Below, in pieces: positions 20,060-30,250 of a DNA stretch of 30,250 bases. The first letter of the stretch is position 1, and every line of letters begins with the position of its first letter. Both the position numbers and the translations under genes were made by a program. A model generated the notes under the pieces. The model was given only the letters and a program-made list of their open reading frames with translations, searched no databases and was not told where the DNA came from. This stretch comes from Malacoraja senta (taxonomy: Eukaryota), in assembly GCA_038087875.1 (NCBI GenBank), contig JAXLNO010000254.1:62001-92250 (forward strand), given 5' to 3'.

Positions 20060-22688
20060 AAGAGTGTTGTAAAAACAAGCCTGAAGCCTTTGTGTCTCAA
20101 TGCAAGGAGCATTCGTAATAAGGTGGGTGAGTTGAATGTGCAGATAGCTATTAATGACTATGATATAGTTGGGATCACGGAGACATGGCTCCAGGGTGAC
20201 CAAGGCTGGGAGCTGAACATCCAGGGATATTCAATATTCAGGAGGGATAGAGAGAAAGGAAAAGGAGGTGGGGTAGTGTTGCTGATTAGAGAGGAGATTA
20301 ACGCAATGGAAAGGAAGGACATTAGTTTCGAGGATGTGGAATCGGTATGGGTGGAGCTGCGAAACACTAAGGGGCAGAAAACGCTGGTGGGTGTTGTGTG
20401 CAGGCAACCTAACAGTAGTAGTGAAGTTGGAGATGGTATCAAACAGGAAATTAGAAATGCGTGCGACAAAGGCAAAACAGTTATAATGGGTGACTTCAAT
20501 CTACATATAGATTGGGTGAATCAAATTGGCAGGGGTGCTGAGGAAGAGGATTTCTTGGAATGTATGCGGGATAGTTATCTAAATCAACATGTAGAGGAAC
20601 CAACGAGAGAGCAGGCTATTTTAGACTGGGTATTGAGTAATGAGGAAGGGTTCGTTAGCAGTCTTGTTGTACGTGCCCCCTTGGGCAAGAGTGACCATAA
20701 TATGGTTTTCTTCATTAGGATGGAGAGTGACATTGTTAATTCAAAAACAATGGTTCTGAACTTAAAGAAAGGTAACTTTGAGGGTATGAGACGTGAATTG
20801 GCCAAGATTGACTGGAAATTAATTCTAAAAGGGTTGACGGTGGATATGCAATGGAAGACATTTAAAGACTGCATGGATGAACTACAAAAATTGTTCATCC
20901 CAGTTTGGCAAAAGAATAAATCAGGGAAGGTAGTGCATCCGTGGACAAAGGGCTTAATTAGGAAAGGAAAAATAGATTATGAAAGAAAACTGGCAGGGAA
21001 CATAAAAACTGACTGCAAAAGTTTTTATAGATATGTGAAAAGAAAGAGATTAGTTAAAACAAATGTAGGTCCCTTGCAGTCAGAAACAGGTGAGTTGATC
21101 ATGGGGAACAAGGATATGGCGGACCAATTGAATAACTACTTTGGTTCCGTCTTCACTAAGGAAGACATAAATAATCTGCTGGAAATAGCAGGGGTCAAAG
21201 GAGTTGGAGGAATTGAGTGAAATCCAGGTTAGTCGGGAAGTGGTGTTGGGTAAATTGAATGGATTAAAGTCCAATAAATCCCCAGGGCCAGACAGGTTGC
21301 ATCCCAGAGTACTTAAGGAAGTAGCTCCAGAAATAGTGGATGCATTAGTAATAATCTTTCAAAACTCTTTAGATTCTGGAGTAGTTCCTGAGGATTGGCG
21401 GGTAGCAAATGTAACCCCACTTTTTAAGAAGGGAGGGAGAGAGAAAACGGGGAATTACAGACCAGTTAGTCTAACATCGGTAGTGGGGAAACTGCTAGAG
21501 TCAGTTATTAAAGATGGGATAGCAGCACATTTGGAAAGTGGTGAAATCATTGGACAAAGTCAGCATGGATTTACGAAAGGTAAATCATGTCTGACGAATC
21601 TTATAGAATTTTTCGAGGATGTAACTAGTAGCGTGGATAGGGGAGAACCAGTGGATGTGGTGTATCTGGACTTCCAGAAGGCTTTCGACAAGGTCCCAGA
21701 TAAGAGATTAGTATACAAACTTAAAGCACATGGCATTGGGGTTTCAGTATTGATGTGGATAGAGAACTGGCTGGCAAACAGGAAGCAAAGAGTAGGAGTA
21801 AACGGGTCCTTTTCACAATGGCAGGCAGTGACTAGTGGGGTACCGCAAGGCTCAGTGCTGGGACCCCAGCTATTTACAATATATATTAATCTGGATGAGG
21901 GAATTGAAGGCAATATCTCCAAGTTTGCGGATGACACTAAGCTGGGGGGCAGTGTTAGCTGTGAGGAGGATGCTAGGAGACTGCAAGGTGAATTGGATAG
22001 GCTGGGTGAGTGGGCAAATGTTTGGCAGATGCAGTATAATGTGGATAAATGTGAGGTTATCCATTTTGGTGGCAAAAACAGGAAAGCAGACTATTATCTA
22101 AATGGTGGCCGACTAGCAAAAGGGGAGATGCAGCGAGACCTGGGTGTCATGGTACACCAGTCATTGAAAGTAGGCATGCAGGTGCAGCAGGCAGTGAAGA
22201 AAGCGAATGGTATGTTAGCTTTCATAGCAAAAGGATTTGAATATAGGAGCAGGGAGGTTCTACTGCAGTTGTACAGGGTCTTGGTGAGACCACATCTGGA
22301 ATATTGCGTGCAGTTTTGGTCTCCAAGTCTGAGGAAGGACATTATTGCCATAGAGGGAGTGCAGAGAAGGTTCACCAGACTGATTCCTGGGATGTCAGGA
22401 CTGTCTTATGAAGAAAGACTGGATAGACTTGGTTTATACTCTCTAGAATTTAGGAGATTGAGAGGGGATCTTACAGAAACGTACAAAATTCTTAAGGGGT
22501 TGGACAGGCTAGATGCAGGAAGATTGCTCCCGATGTTGGGGAAGTCCAGGACAAGGGGTCACAGCTTAAGGATAAGGGGGAAATCCTTTAAAACAGAGAT
22601 GAGAAGAACTTTTTTCACACAGAGTGGTGAATCTCTGGAACTCTCTGCCACAGAGGGTAGTCGAGGCCAGTTCATTGGCTATATTTAA
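20060..22688 (+). pseudogene. CR1 ORF2 (APE endonuclease and reverse transcriptase), frameshifted at about 21200 and 22620, in-frame deletion at about 20945
   Basis: LNARS, GITETWL, MGDFN, SDHN; KSPGPD, NYRPVSLTS, QHGF, YLDFQKAFDKV, SGVPQGS, FADD. Confidence 0.93.
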
Positions 22689-22874
22689 GAGGGGGTTAGA
22701 TGTGGCCCTTGTGGCTAAAGGGATCAGAGGGTATGGAGAGAAGGCAGGTACGGGATACTGAGTTGGATGATCAGCCATGATCATATTGAATGGCGGTGCA
22801 GGCTCGAAGGGCCGAATGGCCTACTCCTGCACCTAATTTCTATGTTTCTATATTTAAAAAAAAATTTAAAAAAA

Positions 22875-22932
22875 GGTTCGGCACGGACTTGAAGGGCCGA
22901 GATGGGCTGTTTCCGTGCTGTTATGGTTATAA
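22875..22932 (+). mobile_element. CR1 3' terminal tail, likely belonging to the 15620-18830 element
   Basis: gttcggcacggacttgaagggccgagatgggctgtttccgtgctgttatggttata is the type of tail expected after ...gcaggtagatgggactag at about 18822. Confidence 0.65.
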
Positions 22933-23569
22933 GTAAAAGGATTGATGCTACGCAGCATCTTGTTTACTGCTCAGGATGTTTCCAGGAATGGAATAATGGA
23001 GTGGAATTATGCTAAAATAGATCATCATTGCTTTATTGTTTATAAATGTCAGTGACGACACTGCTGTGTCAGGAACTTAGCATGAGTCGCTGCCCTCTCC
23101 ACTACTACACTGGGAACCTGAAAGAGGGCCTCAGCCCTCTTCTGGCTCTCCACAGCAAAGAAGTGTTTAAAGTGACATATGGTTCAGTCTGGAATAAGCC
23201 ATGGTTGTCTGTAAGGGTTGGTAGTGGGTGAAATGGAGAACCCTAGTATCTTGTTAAGTTCCTGTTGTTCCCATTGATCAAAAGATGAGCAGTAATTCCC
23301 AATGTTTGTACCACACCTGTTGATCATGTTTGTATCCTCTCCAATGCTTCCATGTAAAGTCATACATCTTTCCACATGAAGCAGAATCAGAACTCAGTAA
23401 CTTTGAAAGTTTAATACCGCCTCTTCAGAAATAAATACTAACCTATGTTGTCTTGAGGACTAACTTCTTGACAACCATGATTAGGAGTGTAAGATCCAGA
23501 GGCACTATGAGATATTTTTGATTGCAAATGTCTGGAATTGTTAAGTTTGTCTGGGTTAGGGGATATTAG

Positions 23570-24020
23570 CTACAGGGAGAGGTTAGTCAGAATTAAGATT
23601 GTTTTCTCTCGAATGTCAGAGGTTTCACCGAGACCTGATAGAAGTATATAAAATGAGTGGCATAGATCAGATACAGTCAGAATCTTTTTAATCTGGAGAA
23701 TGGAAAAATCAAATACTAGAGGGCATAGCTTTAAGGTGTGGGCTGCAAAGTTCGAATGCGATGTGGAGGACAATCTTTATAGATCTATTTTTATTTTATT
23801 TTTTACACAGAGGGTGTTGAGTGCCTAAAATGCGCTGCCAAGGTTGGGGATGAGATAGATACGATAGTGGCATTTAAGAGGCTTTTTGATAGGCACATGA
23901 ATGTGCAAGGAATGTAGGGATATGGATTAAATACACAGGTGAGCAAGAGATGGTCTTGGCATCATGTTCAACACAGACATTGTGGCCAAAAGGGTCTGTT
24001 CTTGTGCTGTACTGTTCTAT
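23570..24020 (+). mobile_element. Decayed CR1 3' fragment
   Basis: Degenerate YRERL..L.LFSLE.QR, actagagggcatagctttaagg, ttttacacagagggtg, and tail ggcatcatgttc..cacagacattgtgg. Confidence 0.8.
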
Positions 24021-25143
24021 TAACATGCTTACAGCATGCAACAATCAGACTACAAGAACATAGTTTTGCTGTTTAACGATATTCAGTTTCAGCTTGATTA
24101 ATAAAAGCTGGTTCTTCTCCGTGATCAATGGCAGTTGTTATTTAAACCAACGTCATTGAAAATCTCACTGAAGATGAATTTGGGCTTTGCCATTATTTTG
24201 CTGAGCTGGATGTCAGGTTAACAAATCACTCACTAAAATAATGCACCAAAAAATGTGTGCAAAATTACATGATGTCACATTAATACAATTTTCAACTTTG
24301 CAACACTTGTTTTTCTGATGTGGCAAAATTCTAGGCTAGCTATCTAAGAATCTAAAGGGAAAAAATAAATTTGGACTTACAAATATACAAAAAATCATGA
24401 AGTGGATTTAAAGGTCCAAGCAAAAACAAACCGAACATATTTATCGAGGGGCAAAACCAAAATTTCAAAATCGCAGTGTTGTGTTTAAAAAAAAATATGG
24501 ATATACTAGGAGAGTTGTAAAAATGATTAATTATTGGTAGAAAAATGTGAAATTTTACTTCAGGAAAAGACTAAAACATTGAGGGAAGGTTTTTGGTCAA
24601 CAGAATAGACATAATATACTTTTCCACTTAGTGAGAGTAAAACAACTTTTACAAAGCTATCAATGAGATAACAAGTAGGTAATTTAGAGGCAATTTCCTT
24701 ACACTAGTGCTATGCAGCCTTTATTATGGAGAGGACAAGATTCACAAATTATTGCTAAATTAATCCATTTGTCTCCAAATTTATGAATATTAAAAGCTGG
24801 TTGTTGAAACTTTCTGTTAAAAGTGATCAAGAAATTGAACAATGACCAAAACAAGCAAAGACTTTCAGAAAAACAAAGTCTGTAATCTCCACTAAATGAG
24901 CAACATCCCTTCATTATCATTGACATTACACCATCTGCTGTCTAATCTCTCCTATTGTTTGGGGAATGTCCATAATGTTTTTCTTTCATTTGAAAGATGG
25001 CGAGGAGGTTAAACGATGAGGGGCAAAGTGAATGTGAAGTGATAGCTCTAGTGCAGTAACCAACACAACGGCACAGTAAATTGTACTCCTGTAATACATT
25101 GAAATAAAAGCTAATTCCAATAATAAGCCTTTCCCTATTTTAC

Positions 25144-25234
25144 CTTGGACATCAGGGCACGAGTGTCGAATTTCCTGCCAATGTTCTTTAAAGAGGCAAT
25201 CTGTCCATACTTGACTGTGGAGAGAGAAGAATTT
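25144..25234 (-). other. Candidate internal exon of an unidentified minus-strand transcript (alternative acceptor gives 25144-25214)
   Basis: Acceptors ttgtttatgatttcag| and ttcttctctctccacag|, donor AAG|gtaaaa; open frame ..VKYGQIASLKNIGRKFDTRALMSK. No homology recognised. Confidence 0.35.
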
Positions 25235-25354
25235 CTGAAATCATAAACAATAGCATTATTATACTGCAACAAACACATTACTGGAGAAACTCAGCGGGTA
25301 CTTCCAAGTACTGTGGAAGCAAGGGAATAATCTATGTCTCTTGTCGAGACCCTA

Positions 25355-25435
25355 GATACATAGAAAATAGGTGCAGGAGTAGGCCATTCGGCCCTTCGAG
25401 CCTGCACCACCATTCAATATGATCATGGCTGATCA
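25355..25435 (-). mobile_element. Short CR1/HE1 3' tail fragment
   Basis: agatacatagaaaataggtgcaggagtaggccattcggcccttcgagcc. Confidence 0.75.
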
Positions 25436-25844
25436 CAGAATCCTGCACCAGGACTGAGAGTGTAAAGAGGAGATAACCAGAGGAGAGTGTGAAGATTTTA
25501 CAAACAATGTGTGTCGAAGTAGAGCTGCAGCAGTTGAATTTCATTCGAGGACCCTCTGGAATGAATCCAAAGCCTAGATATTTAGCGCCACTCAAAACTG
25601 CTGCCCAACTTAGTAGGCAGTGAAATTGAGAGTCCTGCGGCTGTTATGGAACTGTAATTATCACTTGGTGCTGCAGGAAGCATCAAGGCCAAGACTAAAC
25701 AACTGAAATGCAGTACTTTGATTCGCTCCCTGCTGGTTAGGGGAGTGAGTAAAACAATTTAAGATGCTGAACTCGACAATGAGTTATTTATGAGTTTTTT
25801 TGCCAGTTCCATGGCATTCTTCTATATCCTTCGATTGGCACCTG

Positions 25845-25960
25845 GATATGCAGGGAATGGAGGTGTATGGAACATGTGCAGGCAGAGGAGATTAGTTTAT
25901 CTTGGCATCATGTTCGGCACAGACATTGTGGGCCATGGGCCCATAATGTTCTTTGTTCTA
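25845..25960 (+). mobile_element. Short decayed CR1 3' tail fragment
   Basis: gcagggaatggag...gcaggcagaggagattagtttatcttggcatcatgttcggcacagacattgtgggcc. Confidence 0.7.
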
Positions 25961-26127
25961 TTCCTTTCTTTTAGTCAGTCAACTTTAGCTTAACAACAAC
26001 TTTGAGGTTGATTTGGCAACATTCAAATCAGTAACGTTGGCAAAAGTGTGTAAAAGGGTGTCGACCATCTGGTTCGCTTCCAAAGATTCATATAGGATAC
26101 ATAATCACATGGCACCTCAGAACCTAC

Positions 26128-26266
26128 CTATGCAACATAACTGCAGCAGGGCTCCTGGTAAATCCTCCTCTTCGATCAGGAGTTGTACAACTATAGGAGG
26201 GGCAGGAATCGGTAGCACAATTAGCCAATTGATATTACTGTACAGGCTGCAGGAGGGTGAAATAAT
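26128..26266 (-). other. Candidate internal exon (139 bp) of the same putative transcript
   Basis: Acceptor gtactcattccag|, donor TAG|gtaggt; one fully open frame; GC content above the flanking DNA. Confidence 0.3.
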
Positions 26267-26340
26267 CTGGAATGAGTACATATTTTAATTCAGCGATAGT
26301 GATTCTGCAGTGGAAGTCTCACCTCACTATTACCACCATC

Positions 26341-26764
26341 TTTTGTTTTTTTTAATATTTTTTATTTTATTAGAAGTACAATTGTATACAATCATATTTT
26401 CATAATACGTAAGGGGGGATGATAGTTGAAGAGTTGGTATGTCCTATTTACGTGATGCTCAAAAAAAAAAACATTTGTTTTTCTTTTTTTCTCTCTCTCT
26501 TTTCTTTTCTTAGGGCCTATTTCTTAACTCCTTTTTTTTTTTTGTTTTTAATTTCGCTTTCATAGGGTCCTCGTCCTTTTTTTTTTTGTTGTTACATTTT
26601 CTACACTTTTCTACACTTGCACTTTTTCCTTCACTTTCTTCTCTCTTTCAATCTTTTCTTTCTTTAGCGTAAAAAAAAAAATAAAGGGAGTACATTAATT
26701 GTAAGAAGATATAAATGACGAGTATTAATGTATGTGGCTGTGATGTAATGTACTTCTAATAAAT

Positions 26765-26821
<57 letters not shown>

Positions 26822-27950
26822 ATAATACCTTTTATGTACAGCTTCTTATTTAAATTTTTTTTTGTAATAAAGAAGAAAAAGAAAAAAGTTAGATAATGAA
26901 AAATAGAAAAATGTGAGATATATAGTGTGTAAAAGAAAAATAGAGAGTGAAAAAAGAAAGTTGAGACATAGAAAATAGAAGAGAGTAAAAGAAAAAAAGA
27001 GATGAAAAGAAAATAGAAGTAAGGAGATCATTTATAATCTTGACCATCCCCAGTCACGGATTAGCTTTTACAATTGTGTTGCACCATATGTTTCCAAAAA
27101 GATGACAAATGGAGACCCTCATTATGAATTGGTCAAATTTATCTATTAGGAGGAATCGCATTTCCTCAAGATGTGCGGTATCCAACATACTTGCAATCCA
27201 CATTTTGAGCGTTGGTATTGGTGTGTTTTTCCAAAATTTCAATATTAATTTTATTGCTATTATTAAACCATAATTAAAAATTGACTTTTGAGATGAGCTC
27301 AATTTATTCCCGTCTTCCATTACCCCAAATATAATCAATTCGTTATTGGGTTCCATTTTTGTCTTAAATAATTTTGTGAATATTTCGAAAACATCACTCC
27401 AAAATCCATGAAGTTTTATACAAGAAACAAAAGAGTGTGTTATAGTTGCGTCTTGGGTTAAACATTTATCGTAAATGGGCGATATATTTGGATACAATTT
27501 ATTTAATCTTGTTGTTGAGTAATATAATCTATGTAAAATTTTAAATTGGGTTAGATTATGTCTTGCGTTAATCGAACACTTGTGAATGTATGTCAAATAC
27601 TTTTCCCATGTAGCCTTCGTAATTTTTATCAATAATTCCCGTTCCCACTCTTCTCTAATTACCTCGGTCACAGGTAAATCTATATTAAGATACTATTATA
27701 TAAATATGATATTAATTTTTGTGTATCAGCTTTTATATTCATTACTTCTAGTAAATCAGGAGTTATTTTTTGATATCCCTGTATGTATGTCTTCAAAAAA
27801 TTACAAATCTGAAAATATTTAAAATAATGAATGTTTTTCAGTTTAAATTTTAATTGTAATTGTTGAAATGATAATAAATCTCCCATTTCATACATGTCCC
27901 CGATCCTTTTAATTACTAAACGTTCCCATTGACCACCATCTTTTGTACAC
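26341..27950 (-). mobile_element. 5'-truncated L1-clade LINE (ORF2 C-terminal zinc-knuckle region, 3' UTR, A tail)
   Basis: WERELL..., QFKILHRLYY, DKC...TITHSFVSC, FW, LILKFWK (ORF 27054-27671); 3' end gtacttctaataaaataaaaa on the minus strand. Confidence 0.88.
26409..26813 (+). mobile_element. Second L1 3' UTR with long poly(A), inserted antisense into the first, 15-bp TSD
   Basis: TSD atattttcataatac at 26394-26408 and 26814-26828; end motif gtacttctaataaataaaaa followed by an A run at 26773-26806. Confidence 0.88.
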
Positions 27951-27999
27951 GGCAAAGAGATGTGTACACTTATCCTCCATGACTCGCGGAATTCTGCTT

Positions 28000-28195
28000 T
28001 TGAAGACTTCGGGGTGTGGACTTAAACCGGAGAACCTGGAGAAAACCCACTGAGGCCAGGGGGGGGGGGGGGGGGGGGGGGGGAAGGAAGGAGCCAAGGC
28101 CGTGCAGCCAGCGCCTGTAGTCAGGATCGAACCCGCATCTGGGACGGCCGCCGTCTGTCTTTCTGTCCGTCTGGCGGCAGCAACTGCGACACCGC
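28000..28195 (-). mobile_element. Degenerate tRNA-derived SINE (HE1-like)
   Basis: B-box gggttcgatcct on the minus strand (aggatcgaaccc at about 28123) and the aaaccggag.acc.ggagaaaacccac body motif; interrupted by a poly-G run. Confidence 0.65.
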
Positions 28196-28452
28196 CCCTC
28201 CCCTCGCTCTTCAAGCTAATTGCCTGATGAGTTCTAGATTAAAACCATTTTGAACTAGTCAAGCAGCGATTCACATAACACAGCCCAGTGAATGAGGGAG
28301 GGAGGGATGCAGCGCCCGGGAACTGGAGGCCTGGGGAGGGGAATAGGGAGGGAGGGAGCGCCCGGTGTGGGCGGGGCTACAGAGGGAGGGAGCGCCCGGG
28401 CCAGAAGGACACAGACAGATGGGGACAGACGGACGGGGAGCAAAAACCCGCT

Positions 28453-28935
28453 TCACCTTCCCCTCCACCTCCCCCTCCTCCCCACCACCTCCACCACCAC
28501 CTCCTCCTCCCCCTTCACCTCCCCCTCCTCCTTCACCTCCTCCTCCTCCTCCTCCCCCTTCCCCTCCCCACCTCCACCTCCCCCTCCCCCACCTCCCCCT
28601 CCCCCTCCCCCTCCCACCTCCTCCTCCCCCTCCCCTCCCCTCCCCCTGCACCTTCCCCTCCCTCCCCTCCTCCCCCTCCCCCTCCCCTCCCCTCCCCTCC
28701 CCTCCCCCTCCCCCTCCCTCCCCCTCCCCTTCCCCTCCCCCTTCCCCTCCCCCTTCCCCTCCCCTTGCCCTCCCCCTCCTCTCCCCCTCCACTCCCCCTC
28801 CTCTCCCCCTCCCACTCCCACTCCTCCCCCCCTCCACTCCTCTCCCCCTCCACTCCTCTCCCCCTTCACTCCTCTCCCCCTTCACTCCTCTCCCCTTCCC
28901 CTCCTCTCCCCCTCCACTCCCCTCCACCTTCACCT
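28453..28935. repeat. C/T-rich low-complexity tract of about 480 bp
   Basis: Almost entirely ccct/cctc/ccac units; source of the spurious poly-Pro and poly-Gly ORFs. Confidence 0.95.
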
Positions 28936-29420
28936 TCCCGCCAGCGCTCCGTTCTCGACCGTCGTCATGGCCGCATCGAGAACATGGCGTCGCGTCACGT
29001 GGTGGCCGCATTAATGACGGAGGCGGGACGTCACGTGACCCTCCGTCCATTGATAGGGCGGGAAAGGTACGTGACGTGCATTCATGACGCATTGTGGCGT
29101 CACGTGGTCCGCTCTGCGACGCCCCTGGCGGGCGCTACGTCATTCATTGATGGGGCGGGGCGTTATGTCATTCATAGATGGGGCGGGGCGGGGCGGGGCG
29201 TCACATCATTCATTGATGGGGTGGGGCGCACGTCATTCATTGATGGGTGGGGCGTCACGTGACTTTCCCGCCCTATCAATGGACGGAGGGTCACGTGACG
29301 TCTCGCATCCGTCATTAATGCGGCCACCACGTGACGCGACGCCATGTTGTCGATGCGGCCATGACGACGGTCGCCAACGGAGCGCGGGCGGGAAGATGAA
29401 GATGATGATGAAGGTGGAGG
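28921..29420. promoter_or_regulatory. Palindromic CpG-island promoter-like element
   Basis: Inverted arms (core 28934-29066 vs 29263-29395, 6 mismatches in 133 bp); six CACGTG E-boxes; YY1-like AACATGGCG in each arm; GC boxes in the spacer. Confidence 0.75.
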
Positions 29421-29430
29421 TGACGGTGGG

Positions 29431-30250
29431 AGGTGGGACGAAGGGCCTGTTTCCGCTCTGTATCTCTAAACTAAACACTAAACTAAAGAATGAACATTGA
29501 TTTATCTACCTTCAAGTAACCCTTGCATCCCCTCTCTCTCCGTCCACTCTCCACTGCCAGAGTGAAGCCCAAGGTAAATTGGAGGAACAGCAGATCATAT
29601 TTCGCTTGGGCAGCTTACAGCCCAGTGGTATGAATGAAGAAGGATCTTGACCCGAAATGACCCCTATTCCTTTTCTCCAGAGATGCTGCTGAACCCGCTG
29701 AGTTACTCCAGCTTTATGTATCTAATCAGCGGTATGAATATTGATTTATTTAACTTCAAGTTAGCATTGCTTCCCCCCCTCGCCCCACCCCTCCTCGTTC
29801 TCCGATTAGTTTCACTGATTAAAAACATTTTACTGATTGTTTGCCTCGTTGTCAGCTTCCCCTCCGCTAACAATGAACCTTCCTTGACCATAGTCCCCTT
29901 TGGTCTGTGTTCTCACATCTTAACATTCCATATCTCTGTCTCCCTTTCCCCTGACTCTCAGTCTGAAGAAGAATCTCGACCCGAAACGTCACCCATTCCT
30001 TCCCTCCGGAGATACTGGCTGTCCTGCTGAGTTTTCCAGCATTTGGTGTCTATCTTTGGTTTAAACCAGCATCCGCAGTTCCTTCCTGCACACTACCCCC
30101 ACCCTAGATAGATAGGAGAGGAATGAATGACGTTTCGGTTCGAGACCTTTCTTCAGACCCTCCAAAGCTGCTGCCTGTCCCGCTGAGTAACTCCAGCGTT
30201 TTGTGTTCATTGTTGGCTATGGGGAAGGTGACAACGAGGTTATGCAAACA
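29431..30250 (-). repeat. Right arm of long-range inverted duplication (Penelope-derived mosaic), runs to the window edge
   Basis: Reverse complement of 1686-2680 without the insert; includes plus-strand GIY-YIG C-terminal peptide HCQSEAQGKLEEQQIIFRLGSLQPSGMN at about 29552-29635. Confidence 0.93.

Larger units (their letters stand above)
18890..22851 (+). mobile_element. Near full-length CR1 LINE (ORF1 plus ORF2) nested in the 3' UTR of the preceding CR1
   Basis: Intact ORF1, APE-RT ORF2 with a frameshift and a deletion, CR1 tail ending tttctatgtttcta. Confidence 0.95.

Noticed and set aside
28100..28195. tRNA gene suggested by the B-box
   Set aside because: No cloverleaf; part of a decayed tRNA-derived SINE.
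28224..28295. CTGATGA as a hammerhead core or snoRNA C box
   Set aside because: No GAAA after the potential stem II, and no CTGA D box with a terminal stem.
28271..29262. Long Pro/Gly-rich ORFs (240-324 aa) resembling formins or extensins
   Set aside because: Open in nearly all frames because the C/T tract cannot encode stops.
1686..30250. Polinton/Maverick or other giant TIR element defined by the long inverted repeats
   Set aside because: No protein-primed polymerase, packaging ATPase, capsid or transposase ORF inside; the arms are made of decayed retroelement fragments.

Overview
Repeat-dense vertebrate genomic DNA. The repeat types (HE1-like SINE, CR1 LINEs with esterase ORF1, Penelope-derived fragments) suggest a cartilaginous fish such as a skate or ray; this is inference. 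No intact host gene is recognisable. In order the window holds: the 3' end of a DIRS tyrosine-recombinase retrotransposon (1-1316), a Penelope-derived mosaic with hammerhead-like motifs (1320-2930), a CpG-rich patch with an RFX X-box (about 3022), CR1 LINEs, a rearranged Gypsy LTR element (6800-9484), and a 5.3-kb Helitron composite (9682-14970). The composite is six head-to-tail non-autonomous units, each ending hairpin+CTAG, plus a second Helitron family, sitting in one A^T site. Then come two nested CR1s (15620-22932), nested L1 3' ends with a 15-bp TSD, and a palindromic CpG-island promoter rich in E-box/CLEAR, YY1 and GC-box motifs (28921-29420). An inverted copy of 1686-2680 runs from 29431 to the window end and brackets about 27 kb. 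Most notable are the Helitron concatemer, the fold-back promoter fused to the long-range inverted duplication, and the permuted Gypsy insertion. A possible minus-strand spliced transcript (about 23030-28970) is flagged at low confidence.
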